DNA from: a virus
Lineage: Duplodnaviria; Caudoviricetes
Strand: one strand, 5' to 3'
Length of the DNA stretch: 59,706 bases
Virus record (IMG/VR): IMGVR_UViG_3300042905_003262
Coordinates: 1 to 59,706 of that record
Below are positions 1 through 8,815 of the stretch, in pieces. Numbering within the stretch: the stretch's first letter is position 1; each line of letters starts with the position of its first letter. A program made the translations under genes and the position numbers. The notes beneath the pieces are model-generated. The model saw only the letters and a list, made by a program, of their open reading frames with translations. It had not been told where the DNA came from and searched no databases.

Positions 1-464
1 CGCAGGCTTTCCGTGATGGTCTGCCGGTTTTCACAATACCACGCGCAGGACAACGGCAACGGCTCAACCAATGGCATCACAAGGCTTGCGCGTGCCTTCA
101 TCTTGCGCTCGCGTTCTGCATTGGCGTCATGTTGCGACTTACTCCAAGCAACTCGCGCCTCGCAGTCGTGCAGCACTTCGTTGAAACGGGTGATGAATGA
201 CTCGCGCCAATTCTCATCTGTCATCTCGACTCGACGCTTGATGGAGTTGGAACCGTATCCGCTATCAAGACAGATGCGTTTCACTACTTTTGAACCATAA
301 TGGATCAACGACATAGACTTGCCTCGCTTAAATGAAATGTGAAAGCCAAGCCGATACCATTCGACATCTCCGCGAATATCTCCAAATCGCTTTTCGACTT
401 CCTCCAGTTTGGCCGTTCGGATAAGCGTCAGGATGTCAGGGGTGAGGTAGGGATGTAAGTTCAT
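1..464 (-). CDS. hypothetical protein (truncated by window edge; alternative gene downstream of ssb)
   Basis: Read by hand: ATG at 464 (MNLHPYLTPDILTLIRTAKLEE...) stays open to base 1. Preceded by the ACCACCAACGACCAC leader. Confidence 0.6.
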   Translation of the reverse strand, partial: MNLHPYLTPDILTLIRTAKLEEVEKRFGDIRGDVEWYRLGFHISFKRGKSMSLIHYGSKVVKRICLDSGYGSNSIKRRVEMTDENWRESFITRFNEVLHDCEARVAWSKSQHDANAERERKMKARASLVMPLVEPLPLSCAWYCENRQTITESL

Positions 465-465
465 T

Positions 466-844
466 GTGGTCGTTGGTGGTGGATCAAAAAATATCATCGT
501 CTCCGTTGTCAGGCTGCGGCTCGGGATACTGGATCGTGCCCGGAGGCTGGCGGCGTGGAGCGTTCGGTCGAGGCGCTGGCCGGGTTTGCTGGCGAGGTGG
601 TGGCGCTTCTTCTTCTGGCAGCGTGAGGTTGCCAAGAATTGGCGCTTGAACGCCAGAGCCACGCGCTTCTTTGGGGATGTCCTGTGAGACGAAATGCGTG
701 TCACCAAACTGGCCGATTCCGTTTTTGTTCGGCCATGCGACGAGGTTTAGATACTTTCCGTTTTTGCCTTCAAAGATATAGTCTTTGAGAATCTTCGTGA
801 CGTTGATTTTGATTTTGATGGGACGTGCCATGATGTTCGTGTTT
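466..844. repeat. near-duplicate of 59319-59706; 779-844 identical to 59641-59706 (circular overlap)
   Basis: Direct comparison shows a 66-bp exact match at the contig end, with scattered substitutions and indels further into ssb. Confidence 0.95.
484..831 (-). CDS. single-stranded DNA-binding protein-like, variant copy A
   Basis: MARPIKIKINVTKI... has a small beta-rich N-domain, a Pro/Gln-rich linker and an acidic C-tail (GDDDIF) typical of phage SSBs. It lies next to rusA/recE/bet. Confidence 0.6.
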   Translation of the reverse strand: MARPIKIKINVTKILKDYIFEGKNGKYLNLVAWPNKNGIGQFGDTHFVSQDIPKEARGSGVQAPILGNLTLPEEEAPPPRQQTRPAPRPNAPRRQPPGTIQYPEPQPDNGDDDIF

Positions 845-847
845 TGG

Positions 848-1297
848 TTAGGCCGGGATGGCCGTGATGGTGATTTGAACGCCGGAAGGCTCGCCAAGTG
901 CGGCCCAGCGTTTAATGAGCATGCCGGAGCAGGCTTGGCGGTCGTCATGCCACATCTCAATTGAGGTGAGGGCATCAAGGATTGCCTTGTCGAGGTTGTC
1001 GCGGTCGGGCGTTTGCGTGTGCCATTTTGGGGCTGTGGATTTAATCTGTCCTTTGCTGGTGAAGTGCGCCTTTGGACGCGGGAAAACGCATTCCCAATCG
1101 ACGCGAACGGGGCCGTTGCCAAACAAAGGGTGTAGTGAATGGTTCCACATCGCATGTTTAGCGGCAGCCTGCACCGCCTCCTTGAAGTCGTCCGCCGTGT
1201 CTGGTGTATAGACCCGCGTGAACGCACCACGTCGGCAGGCTTTGACGCGAGGCTGGCCCTTGGGGATGCAGGGGGCAAAAAAGATGATGGGTTTCAT
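848..1297 (-). CDS. rusA: RusA-family Holliday junction resolvase
   Basis: PKGQPR N-terminus and TPDRDNLDKAILDAL...DDRQ catalytic motif. Its start overlaps the upstream stop (ATGA). Confidence 0.9.
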   Translation of the reverse strand: MKPIIFFAPCIPKGQPRVKACRRGAFTRVYTPDTADDFKEAVQAAAKHAMWNHSLHPLFGNGPVRVDWECVFPRPKAHFTSKGQIKSTAPKWHTQTPDRDNLDKAILDALTSIEMWHDDRQACSGMLIKRWAALGEPSGVQITITAIPA

Positions 1298-1704
1298 TGT
1301 TTGGAGCCTTTGTGGATCTTTGTGTGACAAGGCGGGCAGACCCATATAACCGCTAGCTTTTGGCTGTAATCTTCGTGATGCCCGTGGATCAATCCGCTAT
1401 TCCCGCATGCTTGGCAGCACTTCGGTTTTTGCAGTCTGCCGCTTTTTACAGCGTGCTTCACTGCATCCCGCGCTCTTGACTTCAAAGGCTCAAGTAAGCG
1501 TGCTTGGCGTAACGATAGGCGATTAGTCGCTTTTCTTTTTTCGGAATTTTTGTATTTTTCTTGGGCTTTTTTATAACCTTCCGTTTCCCTGTATTGAGCA
1601 GTGTATTTAGCTCGCTTGCCTTTACGCGGGTCGCCTGGGTGCTTTTTACGCCACTCTCTTGCTCGCTGCGCGTTCTTAGCCCTTCGTTCTTCAATGGTTT
1701 GCAT
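1294..1704 (-). CDS. HNH-like/zinc-finger protein
   Basis: Basic N-terminus followed by CQAC...HGHHEDY...VIWVCPPCH. Confidence 0.7.
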   Translation of the reverse strand: MQTIEERRAKNAQRAREWRKKHPGDPRKGKRAKYTAQYRETEGYKKAQEKYKNSEKRKATNRLSLRQARLLEPLKSRARDAVKHAVKSGRLQKPKCCQACGNSGLIHGHHEDYSQKLAVIWVCPPCHTKIHKGSKQ

Positions 1705-1764
1705 AACGCATTATGGAATGGTTTTAACAAATGTCCATGCCATAACAATCAATCGCGAAGATTT

Positions 1765-2067
1765 TCACTTCTCGCAAGCCTCCCAGAGTGTCGGGTTGCC
1801 GTCAGCGTCGCGGTGCTTGGGGCGGTTAATTTTCCAATGCTCTTTTAGTTCGGCCCATGTTATGCAGTCCCGGCCATTTATTTCGACACCTCTTGATTTA
1901 ACGCAAAAAACTTGGGTCCATTGCATCCCATTTACTCCACCAGATGAGGACAGCAGCACGCTTCCCGGTGTCACGTCCTGCGGCCCGAGCGGTTGTTTGG
2001 GGGCCTTTGCGGCGTCGAGTTCGTCCGCGAAGGCGCGAATCTGTTTGGTGATGTCGTGGATGTTCAT
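1765..2067 (-). CDS. hypothetical protein
   Basis: ORF MNIHDITKQ... with ATGA overlap to the nuclease gene. Confidence 0.6.
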   Translation of the reverse strand: MNIHDITKQIRAFADELDAAKAPKQPLGPQDVTPGSVLLSSSGGVNGMQWTQVFCVKSRGVEINGRDCITWAELKEHWKINRPKHRDADGNPTLWEACEK

Positions 2068-2924
2068 TGTGCAGATGTTTGGAGTTTTGCCTCTTCCTGG
2101 ATACTTGCCCACGTTGGGCGTGTGGTGGTTATGTTTTGCCCCTCAAACGCCATCGGCCATTTGTCAGAAGCGGTAGCCTCAATGAGGCGCTTAATGAGTG
2201 TCGAAGTGTAAAGCCATCCGGCTTCAATGTCGGGCGGAGAAAGCTCCGTCACGCACGTTTCAAAGGGCGCTTCGGATTCCTGCCACACGAATTTGAACCG
2301 CGTGCGCTGGTCGTTTGGGAACATAGCATTCCAAAGATTCAAGTACATACCTGCTTGAACGTGGTAGCCAAAGTTTGAAACTGCTTTAGCAAAGCCCTCG
2401 GCGCTGAAATCGTTGATCGTTTTCAAATCGGCCAGAAAGTCCTCACCTTCCGGTGCGAGGTCCACAAGGCCCTTGCATTTAACACCCAGCACACGGCCAG
2501 CAATGATAACCTGGGACTTAGACTTGGCGAAGATGTCGGCGGACGCTTTGCAGGTTTCGGTCAGCATCTTGGCGGCCTGTTGGGCAAGCTCTACGTCTTC
2601 CTTGGTGGCAAGAATGAGTTTCGCGGCCAGTTGTGCATCGCGCCACTCTCGCGCCTCCTTGGTCCGGTAGGAGTCATAGGGCGATATAGCGATGGACTCG
2701 CTCAAAAGCTCCGGCGTCGTAGCAAGGCAATCTACCAATGAACCCCACTGCATCGCAGCCGTTGGCTCCATCTTGCGAGGGTGGTAGCGCCACTTCCAGA
2801 GAGAGCGCGAATCAAGTTCGTAGATCACCGACTTTGACAAAAACGAGTCCGCCGCGTGGATGTTGGCGCGATTGCAAGTCAGTTTTGAATGGTAGTCGCG
2901 AGGGCTGATTTCAAAAAGATTCAT
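2064..2924 (-). CDS. RecE/exonuclease VIII-like PD-(D/E)XK nuclease (DUF3799-like)
   Basis: LSKS, TAAMQWGSLVD, CKGLVD...ADLKT and YHVQAGMY motifs. Paired with bet. Confidence 0.85.
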   Translation of the reverse strand: MNLFEISPRDYHSKLTCNRANIHAADSFLSKSVIYELDSRSLWKWRYHPRKMEPTAAMQWGSLVDCLATTPELLSESIAISPYDSYRTKEAREWRDAQLAAKLILATKEDVELAQQAAKMLTETCKASADIFAKSKSQVIIAGRVLGVKCKGLVDLAPEGEDFLADLKTINDFSAEGFAKAVSNFGYHVQAGMYLNLWNAMFPNDQRTRFKFVWQESEAPFETCVTELSPPDIEAGWLYTSTLIKRLIEATASDKWPMAFEGQNITTTRPTWASIQEEAKLQTSAQ

Positions 2925-3802
2925 GCTTCAAACCCTCCTTTTTCTTTGTTCCACTTCACACCAAGCACCTTAGCCCGTGCCACGATGGCTCTTTTGACCT
3001 TCTGCTGAGGTTCGCCCGAGAGCTGTTTATCTGCCTGCTCAATATAAGACGCGAGGCTTTGAGCATCGGACGCTTTCACATCTTCGATGATGTCGTTTGC
3101 CAGCATCTCGGCCTCAGTAGGCTCGGCATCTTCCGGCGCAGGTTCAACAACCTGGGCCTCGACTACTGGCGTGGCTTCGGCTGGCGCTGGCTCTCCGGGT
3201 AGCTTCGTGGGATCAAGCGGCGTGGCACGAGCGGGCTTCGGCGTCACGTCGCGAGCATTGGCAAGCCCTGGTGTAGCGGCTGCTTCGTCCTCGTCCGTGA
3301 TGCCGCTAAAACCAAACGCCACGCGAGCACCTTGAATGGTGGCCTTGTGGCGCAGCATGCGGCGTTCCATTTTCCAAGGCTCTGTATTACGGCGGCATTC
3401 CGCGAGGTACTCCGTTACCCGTGTCGGATGGCTGCGGTCCTTGCGGTAAATGATGGACGTGCAGGAAACGAGCCTACCCTGTTCGTCGTGCTCGAACTGG
3501 TAGTCGATGCCGTCAAACTGCGGATGGTCGTTCATCATGCGAATCCAGCCGTCGATTGAGACGACCGGCACAATGCCGCCGCCCTTGGCCGGAAAAGCAT
3601 AGATTTCCTTCGTGAGCGGATTGAGGCCGTATTCATTCGAGACAACCACGAGGGCAAGCAGTTCGTCGTTTGTTGCCCCGCGAAACACGGTGTTTTTGAG
3701 GGTTTCGAGGAGCTTGCTTGGCTCCACGTTGTATTTGCCAGCCATCAAAGCGAGGGCAGATGTTTGTTTTTGTGGCACTTGGGCCAGTTGGGTATCGCTC
3801 AT
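2921..3802 (-). CDS. bet: phage recombination (single-strand annealing) protein Bet
   Basis: YGLNPLTKEIYAFPAKGGGIVPVVSIDGW...HPQFDG...RMLRHKATIQGARVAFGFSGI matches the lambda Bet signature. Confidence 0.93.
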   Translation of the reverse strand: MSDTQLAQVPQKQTSALALMAGKYNVEPSKLLETLKNTVFRGATNDELLALVVVSNEYGLNPLTKEIYAFPAKGGGIVPVVSIDGWIRMMNDHPQFDGIDYQFEHDEQGRLVSCTSIIYRKDRSHPTRVTEYLAECRRNTEPWKMERRMLRHKATIQGARVAFGFSGITDEDEAAATPGLANARDVTPKPARATPLDPTKLPGEPAPAEATPVVEAQVVEPAPEDAEPTEAEMLANDIIEDVKASDAQSLASYIEQADKQLSGEPQQKVKRAIVARAKVLGVKWNKEKGGFEA

Positions 3803-3823
3803 AATGAAAATGGTGAGGTGGTG

Positions 3824-4738
3824 TTACTTGATGAGTTTTCTGGCAAGAAGATGCTTGCGGTGCAAAGCCTTTAGCTTGGCTGGCGTGATGCCAGGAATAC
3901 GTTTGAACGGTTCAAAGTCGATGGTGACCACTTTGAGCAGCAATTCACTCAGCGCGTAGTATTCCGGAAACTTGGCGACGAACTGGTCGCGAGTGAGCTG
4001 CGTTTGCTTATCGAACGAGATAACCTTCGGCTCTTTTACGCAAAAGAAACCTGCTGAGTAATTAGTCGCGTTGCCGTAGCCGGTGTTTCTGTTGCCGGTG
4101 TTTCTGTCGCCGGTGTTGCTGTAGCCGGTGTTGCTGTAGCCGGTGTTTCTGTAGCCGGTGTTGCCGTAGCCGGTGTTTCTGTAGCCGGTGTTGCCGTAGC
4201 CGGTGTTGCTGTTGCCGGTGTTTCTGTCGCCGGTGTTGCTGTAGCCGGTGTTGCTGTTGCCGGTGTTTCTGTCGCCGGTGTTGCTGTAGCCGGTGTTGCC
4301 GTAGCCGGCGTTGCCGTAGCCGGCGTTTCTGTCGCCGGTGTTTCTGTCGCCGGTGTTGCTGTCGCCGGTGTTTCTGTCGCCGGTGTTGCTGTAGCCGGTG
4401 TTGCTGTTGCCGGTGTTGGACTTGTCATTACCGACCTTGCCCGGCGTGATCTCCTCAACAAGTCGGATGCGACGAGCAACTAGTTTAAAATTTGCTCCCG
4501 CTTCGGTTGGAACTTCTAACACATCCTCGGCTTCGCATTGGAACACGCGAGTCGTTGACGAGTTGTAATAAGACCAAACACCGGAAGGCTGAACGCAGAA
4601 GTGATAACCTTTGACGCATAACTGCAAATCGCCCTCGATCACAGGCGACCATTCGCCAAGGATGAATTGATGATCGCGGCATTTGAGATCGCTGTCAGTG
4701 GCTTTATAGCCGGTCATTTTTTTTATGTAGGTGCTCAT
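3824..4738 (-). CDS. pentapeptide (NTGxx) repeat protein
   Basis: N-domain GYKATD..LKCR..F..G...LC..GYHFC, then ~23 NTG[D/N/Y][R/S/G] repeats, then a GFFC C-domain. Confidence 0.85.
   Translation of the reverse strand: MSTYIKKMTGYKATDSDLKCRDHQFILGEWSPVIEGDLQLCVKGYHFCVQPSGVWSYYNSSTTRVFQCEAEDVLEVPTEAGANFKLVARRIRLVEEITPGKVGNDKSNTGNSNTGYSNTGDRNTGDSNTGDRNTGDRNAGYGNAGYGNTGYSNTGDRNTGNSNTGYSNTGDRNTGNSNTGYGNTGYRNTGYGNTGYRNTGYSNTGYSNTGDRNTGNRNTGYGNATNYSAGFFCVKEPKVISFDKQTQLTRDQFVAKFPEYYALSELLLKVVTIDFEPFKRIPGITPAKLKALHRKHLLARKLIK
4067..4417 (-). repeat. 15-bp tandem coding repeat array (~23 units)
   Basis: Units AAC-(A/G)CC-GGC-(A/G/T)AC-(A/G)G(A/C) on the minus strand. Confidence 0.95.
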
Positions 4739-4752
4739 GGCGTGGTGGTCGT

Positions 4753-5220
4753 TTAGTTGTGGTAAATGACGGCATTCGTTGCCGCCAAAATGGTTTCAAG
4801 CGGCGTGCATGCCGTGAAGACCGCGCTCCAATCGGGGAATTTGTGGTCTTTGCCGCCGTGGACAATCACGACGGGGAGGCCGTTTTGCTCGCTGAAAATG
4901 AGGTGGCCCTTGTAGCCTGGGGCGAGGAATCGGAGGTTGTTGGCGCTGGCGATGGAAACGCCTTTCGCAGTGCGCTCGTGCTGAATGTCGCCGTCAACTT
5001 GCTTCCAGCCCGCGAGGGAATCAGAGACGGCTTCCATGCGTGAGCGGTCAAAGGGATTCTTGAGCGAGTCGAGCCAGACAAACCATGCGATTTCCAAATC
5101 AACCTCAAGGTGCAGCTCGCGGCACTTGGCACAGAGGCCGTCCTGCTCATTGCGGTCGTGGTCTGTCAGGTCGCGGCCACATTCACATGGCGCGGGAGGA
5201 AGGTCGTCGTTTGCTCTCAT
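4753..5220 (-). CDS. hypothetical protein with N-terminal CxC/CxxC zinc-ribbon
   Basis: ORF with CECG...CAKC; divergent from the plus-strand island. Confidence 0.6.
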   Translation of the reverse strand: MRANDDLPPAPCECGRDLTDHDRNEQDGLCAKCRELHLEVDLEIAWFVWLDSLKNPFDRSRMEAVSDSLAGWKQVDGDIQHERTAKGVSIASANNLRFLAPGYKGHLIFSEQNGLPVVIVHGGKDHKFPDWSAVFTACTPLETILAATNAVIYHN

Positions 5221-5289
5221 GGCCGGAACCTTGAAGCATCCCGGCGAATCGCGCAAATGATTTCCTCAACAAAATGAAGATTATTTTTC

Positions 5290-5318
5290 CTTGCCGGAAA
5301 TTGGAGAGTTGATAATAT
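5290..5318 (+). promoter_or_regulatory. sigma70-like promoter, probably leaderless transcript
   Basis: TTGCCG-N16-TAATAT with ATG 5 nt downstream and an AT-rich upstream segment. Confidence 0.5.
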
Positions 5319-5323
5319 GACGC

Positions 5324-5716
5324 ATGGAAACGACCAAAACAGATTACAGTTGTCCAAATTGCCGCCGCGTTCGCCGCCGTGAAAGCGGGGCCGAAACGAT
5401 GGTTTTCCGCTGCTCGTGCGTTGGTGGCCTCATCGAGTGCCATCGCGTGAAATGGGACTTGGCAGACTGGACACTTCTCGACCAACCGCTAGCTGATGAC
5501 CTGGGCGTTGGTGTTCATGCCGTTCGCGCCAAGCGGGCAGAGCTTGAACTGCAACGCGGCACAGTCGGCAGGAAGCCTCACAAGCGGCCTGCTCGCCGCG
5601 TGGATGCCAGTTTGATCGACCCTAAGAAGTCGGTGAAGGAGAACGCGAAGGCTCTTGGCTGCACACCACAGCGGATTCGACAAATTCAAAAAGAACTCAA
5701 CCAAACGACCCTATGA
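5324..5716 (+). CDS. putative DNA-binding protein (Zn ribbon + HTH-like segments)
   Basis: CPNC...CSC, LADDLGVGVHAVRAKR and VKENAKALGCTPQRIRQI helix-turn-helix-like patterns. Confidence 0.55.
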   Translation: METTKTDYSCPNCRRVRRRESGAETMVFRCSCVGGLIECHRVKWDLADWTLLDQPLADDLGVGVHAVRAKRAELELQRGTVGRKPHKRPARRVDASLIDPKKSVKENAKALGCTPQRIRQIQKELNQTTL

Positions 5717-6123
5717 TGACCCACGCCCAACTCGAACACTTGCGCAAGATCGACGCGCACCTTGAAAAGCTGCTCTCGCAAGCCGAGAAGCGGACGCCAG
5801 GGCGGTGGATTCGCAAAAGCTACGTTATTAAGCAGCCATCTGGCAGAGTATGCGCTGACGTGGGACCTCACCACACGCCACCAAACGAATATCCGCCTTC
5901 ATGTCAGCGAGCCGACGAACAAAACGGTGATTTCATCGCCTCATGCGCAGGCAACGCGGAAGCAGGGTGGAAGGCGACACGGGCGGCGATTAATGCGGCT
6001 CTTGAGTGCGAGTCTTGGGATGCCGACTTGCGCAAAATGTATCTACGACCAGACGCGGAACGGATTCTCGAAGACATCCTCGCCGCCTTCCCCCTCGAAC
6101 TGCTGTCCTTGCGTCTTGACTGA
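5713..6123 (+). CDS. hypothetical phage protein
   Basis: ORF with AEKRTPGRW...NGDFIAS pattern common in small phage accessory proteins. Has the AACGACC leader. Confidence 0.65.
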   Translation: MMTHAQLEHLRKIDAHLEKLLSQAEKRTPGRWIRKSYVIKQPSGRVCADVGPHHTPPNEYPPSCQRADEQNGDFIASCAGNAEAGWKATRAAINAALECESWDADLRKMYLRPDAERILEDILAAFPLELLSLRLD

Positions 6124-6253
6124 CCACTGAACCCAAATCCATGACGCCATAACCACCCCTGAAATCCGCCCTCGTGTATTTCTGGTTCGCCTCTGGCATC
6201 ACTTACAAGGGGCGCAGAATAAAAGATGCCTGGACATTTAAAACCCGCAAACT

Positions 6254-6571
6254 ATGAGCCGCCGCAAACCCAAAACGCACACGATCCGCACTTGGCCCGC
6301 ATTTTTTGGCCCTGTTCAGGATGGCTCTAAGCCTTTCGTGATTGGTGAGAATAAGCTCGATTTTCAAATCGGCGACACGCTTATTATTCGCGAATGGTGC
6401 CCGAAAGAGGACAAGGCGACAGGCCGCGAATGCCGGGCCGTTATTACCTACGCTTCCGAATGGCAGCAAATCCGAGGTAATGTCGTCCTCGGTATCCGAC
6501 TCCTGCCGCAGGACGCGGAATGCAGCCAGCTTGGCGAAGACTTCTCCAAACTTCCAATGTGCGCGGCATGA
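6254..6571 (+). CDS. DUF3850/ASCH-like (PUA-fold) protein
   Basis: HTIRTWPAFFGPVQDGSKPF...DFQIGDTLIIREW...TGRE...ITY...VVLGI. Confidence 0.8.
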   Translation: MSRRKPKTHTIRTWPAFFGPVQDGSKPFVIGENKLDFQIGDTLIIREWCPKEDKATGRECRAVITYASEWQQIRGNVVLGIRLLPQDAECSQLGEDFSKLPMCAA

Positions 6572-6771
6572 CTTCCTATGAGCAAATCCGAAACCTTTTC
6601 AATGCCTCCGCAACTTGTCGAAACGGAAAACAGCCACAGCTACATCACGATCCTGGATGCGATTTTGTCGAGTGCGCCGAAGGTGATAAGTGTCGTTGCC
6701 GACTTGCTGATGGCGACGGTGGACCCGTTTCCGCCTTCCTCATCCGCTGGCGGGAGCGTTTCGCCAAGTAA
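6568..6771 (+). CDS. hypothetical Cys-rich protein
   Basis: MTSYEQIRN... with ATGA coupling to the previous gene. Confidence 0.5.
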   Translation: MTSYEQIRNLFNASATCRNGKQPQLHHDPGCDFVECAEGDKCRCRLADGDGGPVSAFLIRWRERFAK

Positions 6772-6855
6772 GACCTGCCGCCGCTGTCTCGGCACGGGCC
6801 GGATTCTGCGCAATGCAGGAACGGGACTGTTGGGCGATTGTCACGTTTGCCGCTC

Positions 6856-6883
6856 TTGAATCACGCCGAAAACCATGTACCTT
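6856..6883 (+). promoter_or_regulatory. sigma70-like promoter for a leaderless gene
   Basis: TTGAAT-N16-TACCTT with ATG 6 nt downstream at 6890. Confidence 0.45.
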
Positions 6884-6889
6884 ACCACT

Positions 6890-7258
6890 ATGAAGCGCCT
6901 CCCACTCCTCGCCTTCCTTGCGTTTTCCACCCTCGCGCATGCCTACGATCCGTTGGCATCTCCAAAGCGCCCCGGCAAGGACGCTGGCCCTCACGAATGG
7001 GCCAACTACGAAAACGCCGTCGCGGCATGGAACCAACGCACCGCCGCAGCACAGCGGCAGGCCGTCGCAGATGCCGCACGTCAGCGCCAAATCGCCATTG
7101 CTGCCGCGCAGGCTGAACTCAGTCGCCGACTTGCAGCCAGGGAGGAACGCGAACAGCGGGAGGCCGATCTAGCTTACCGGCTCTGGCTGCGTGAGCGGCA
7201 GATTCAGGCAATGGAGCTTCAAGCGCAGGCTTTGGCGAGGATTGCGGCGGCAAAGTAA
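6890..7258 (+). CDS. exported coiled-coil protein
   Basis: Signal peptide MKRLPLLAFLAFSTLAHA (AHA cleavage site), then a long Ala/Gln/Arg helix. Confidence 0.7.
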   Translation: MKRLPLLAFLAFSTLAHAYDPLASPKRPGKDAGPHEWANYENAVAAWNQRTAAAQRQAVADAARQRQIAIAAAQAELSRRLAAREEREQREADLAYRLWLRERQIQAMELQAQALARIAAAK

Positions 7259-7262
7259 TTTT

Positions 7263-7607
7263 ATGGACACCACACAAAACCACACACCCGGACCTTGGCG
7301 CTGGCTTTCAGGCGCGGAGGCTGGCAATGGATTTAGCAACTGTGATTTATCTTACCTCGTTGGCCCGTTGTATGACACGTCTCTTAAATCGTGGGAAAGG
7401 AAGCAGGAAATTTGCAATTTCGGCAACGATGAAACCTACTATCCAACGGAAGGCGTAGAGCCATCGGATGCAGACAAGCTATTAATTGCCGCTGCTCCCG
7501 ACCTGCTAGCGGCTTGCCTCAGAGTGCTTAACCCTACGGATGAAGGTCCGACGCTGGATACAATAATCCGTGCCGCCGTTGCGAAAGCTCTCGGTCAAAA
7601 CCAGTGA
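7263..7607 (+). CDS. hypothetical phage protein (HTPGPW...LIAAAPDLL type)
   Basis: Characteristic terminal motifs of this common phage family. Confidence 0.75.
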   Translation: MDTTQNHTPGPWRWLSGAEAGNGFSNCDLSYLVGPLYDTSLKSWERKQEICNFGNDETYYPTEGVEPSDADKLLIAAAPDLLAACLRVLNPTDEGPTLDTIIRAAVAKALGQNQ

Positions 7608-7610
7608 TTT

Positions 7611-8243
7611 ATGAGAAACGTCAACCTGCCCAAAACGAAAGTATTTATCCGCCGCGATGCCTTCGGAGGCCCCGTGGATGAATTTGAACCCGCTTGGCTC
7701 GTCTCCGTGCGAGCCATGCGAAACCGCCCCTTTTGCTTTCAGGCATGGGTTGAGAAATACGCCGCATGCTATGACAAAATCCCGCCGCAGTGCGTCTATT
7801 GGTTTGAGCCGGACGACGATCATAAAGCCCTTCCGCTACACAAGGTCCAGATGTGGGAATGCTTGTCTGGCTCCGTTGAAGTCTGGCGCAAGGACCAACT
7901 CTCCGACGTGCCGGTTCTGGTAAACCTTGGCAAAGGCAATCCACCTATCGGCGGCCATTACTGGTTCACTATTGACTATCTACCCGAGGGACAAGCTGGT
8001 GGCACCCTTGACGTGGGAGATTCTGAACTGCTGGAAGAACACAAGGAGGGCAACGTCATCAAGCTCTCGAACGGCCAGATTGCCATTTACCCAAACAACC
8101 GCCTCAAGTGGCTTCCCGTTTCGCTTACCGGCAAAGATGCCGCCGCCGCTATTCCCGATTGGAGCGTCGCCACAAATGCCCAATGGGATGAGTGGTGGTC
8201 TGACTCGGACGAGATTCTAGGAGACGCCAAATGGGCTTATTGA
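7611..8243 (+). CDS. conserved hypothetical phage protein
   Basis: QMWEC, YWFTID and EHK...LSNGQIAIYPNNRLKW motifs, which I recognise from aquatic phage proteins of unknown function. Confidence 0.7.
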   Translation: MRNVNLPKTKVFIRRDAFGGPVDEFEPAWLVSVRAMRNRPFCFQAWVEKYAACYDKIPPQCVYWFEPDDDHKALPLHKVQMWECLSGSVEVWRKDQLSDVPVLVNLGKGNPPIGGHYWFTIDYLPEGQAGGTLDVGDSELLEEHKEGNVIKLSNGQIAIYPNNRLKWLPVSLTGKDAAAAIPDWSVATNAQWDEWWSDSDEILGDAKWAY

Positions 8244-8245
8244 CG

Positions 8246-8809
8246 TTAGCTTGTGGCTTGAAAGTGCATGGCGTCTCTTGACCAAAAAGCTCCCGCTGGC
8301 AGCCATCCTTCTTTTGCGAACTCCTCCATCACTTCTAGCGGCATCGTAGCTGAACTAGGCCAGTGTTGATGATTGGCGTTGTCGTCGGGATCAATGTCCA
8401 CGGCGGCTCCACGAGCATGAAGGCTCGGCAAACTGCCTCCACGCATGACGCGGTTGTTGTAGCAGCCCGCGTAACGGGTGAGAACGTATTTGTTAGGGCT
8501 TTTAGCAATAGCTTCCAAGACTCGGCGCAAACTAGCTCCGACTTTTCCGTGACAGCGAATGAGCTTTACCGGCTTGCCGTCGTATTTCAGCCCCAGGTCA
8601 GATACGTCAATAGGCACCAGTTTGGACTCGTCGCCTGCCCGTCCATAGAATTTACTCAGGCTGTTTTGATCGCTGGCGGGCCAAGGATTCGGTGACGGCA
8701 TGAGCTTTCGCAAATGAGCTTGGCAAGCTGCAATGCTTTTTGGGCCCCAAAAGCCGTCATCAAGGACGCCGATACGGCGCTGCATGATTTTGATTTTTTT
8801 CTGGTTCAT
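8246..8809 (-). CDS. endolysin, M15-family peptidase with N-terminal peptidoglycan-binding-like segment
   Basis: DDGFWGPKS; R...SLHARGAAVD (SxHxxGxAxD); DAMHFQ. Confidence 0.88.
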   Translation of the reverse strand: MNQKKIKIMQRRIGVLDDGFWGPKSIAACQAHLRKLMPSPNPWPASDQNSLSKFYGRAGDESKLVPIDVSDLGLKYDGKPVKLIRCHGKVGASLRRVLEAIAKSPNKYVLTRYAGCYNNRVMRGGSLPSLHARGAAVDIDPDDNANHQHWPSSATMPLEVMEEFAKEGWLPAGAFWSRDAMHFQATS

Positions 8810-8815
8810 AGTGCC

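Noticed and set aside
484-1278. 264-aa ORF
   Set aside because: The N-terminal part is an off-frame overlap of rusA. The duplicate copy shows the real start is ATG 831.
4067-4417. CRISPR array or bona fide DGR
   Set aside because: No spacers, in-frame coding repeat, and no cas or reverse transcriptase gene in the window.
4036-4479. (TPATA)n alternative-frame ORF
   Set aside because: By-product of the stop-free 15-bp repeat array.
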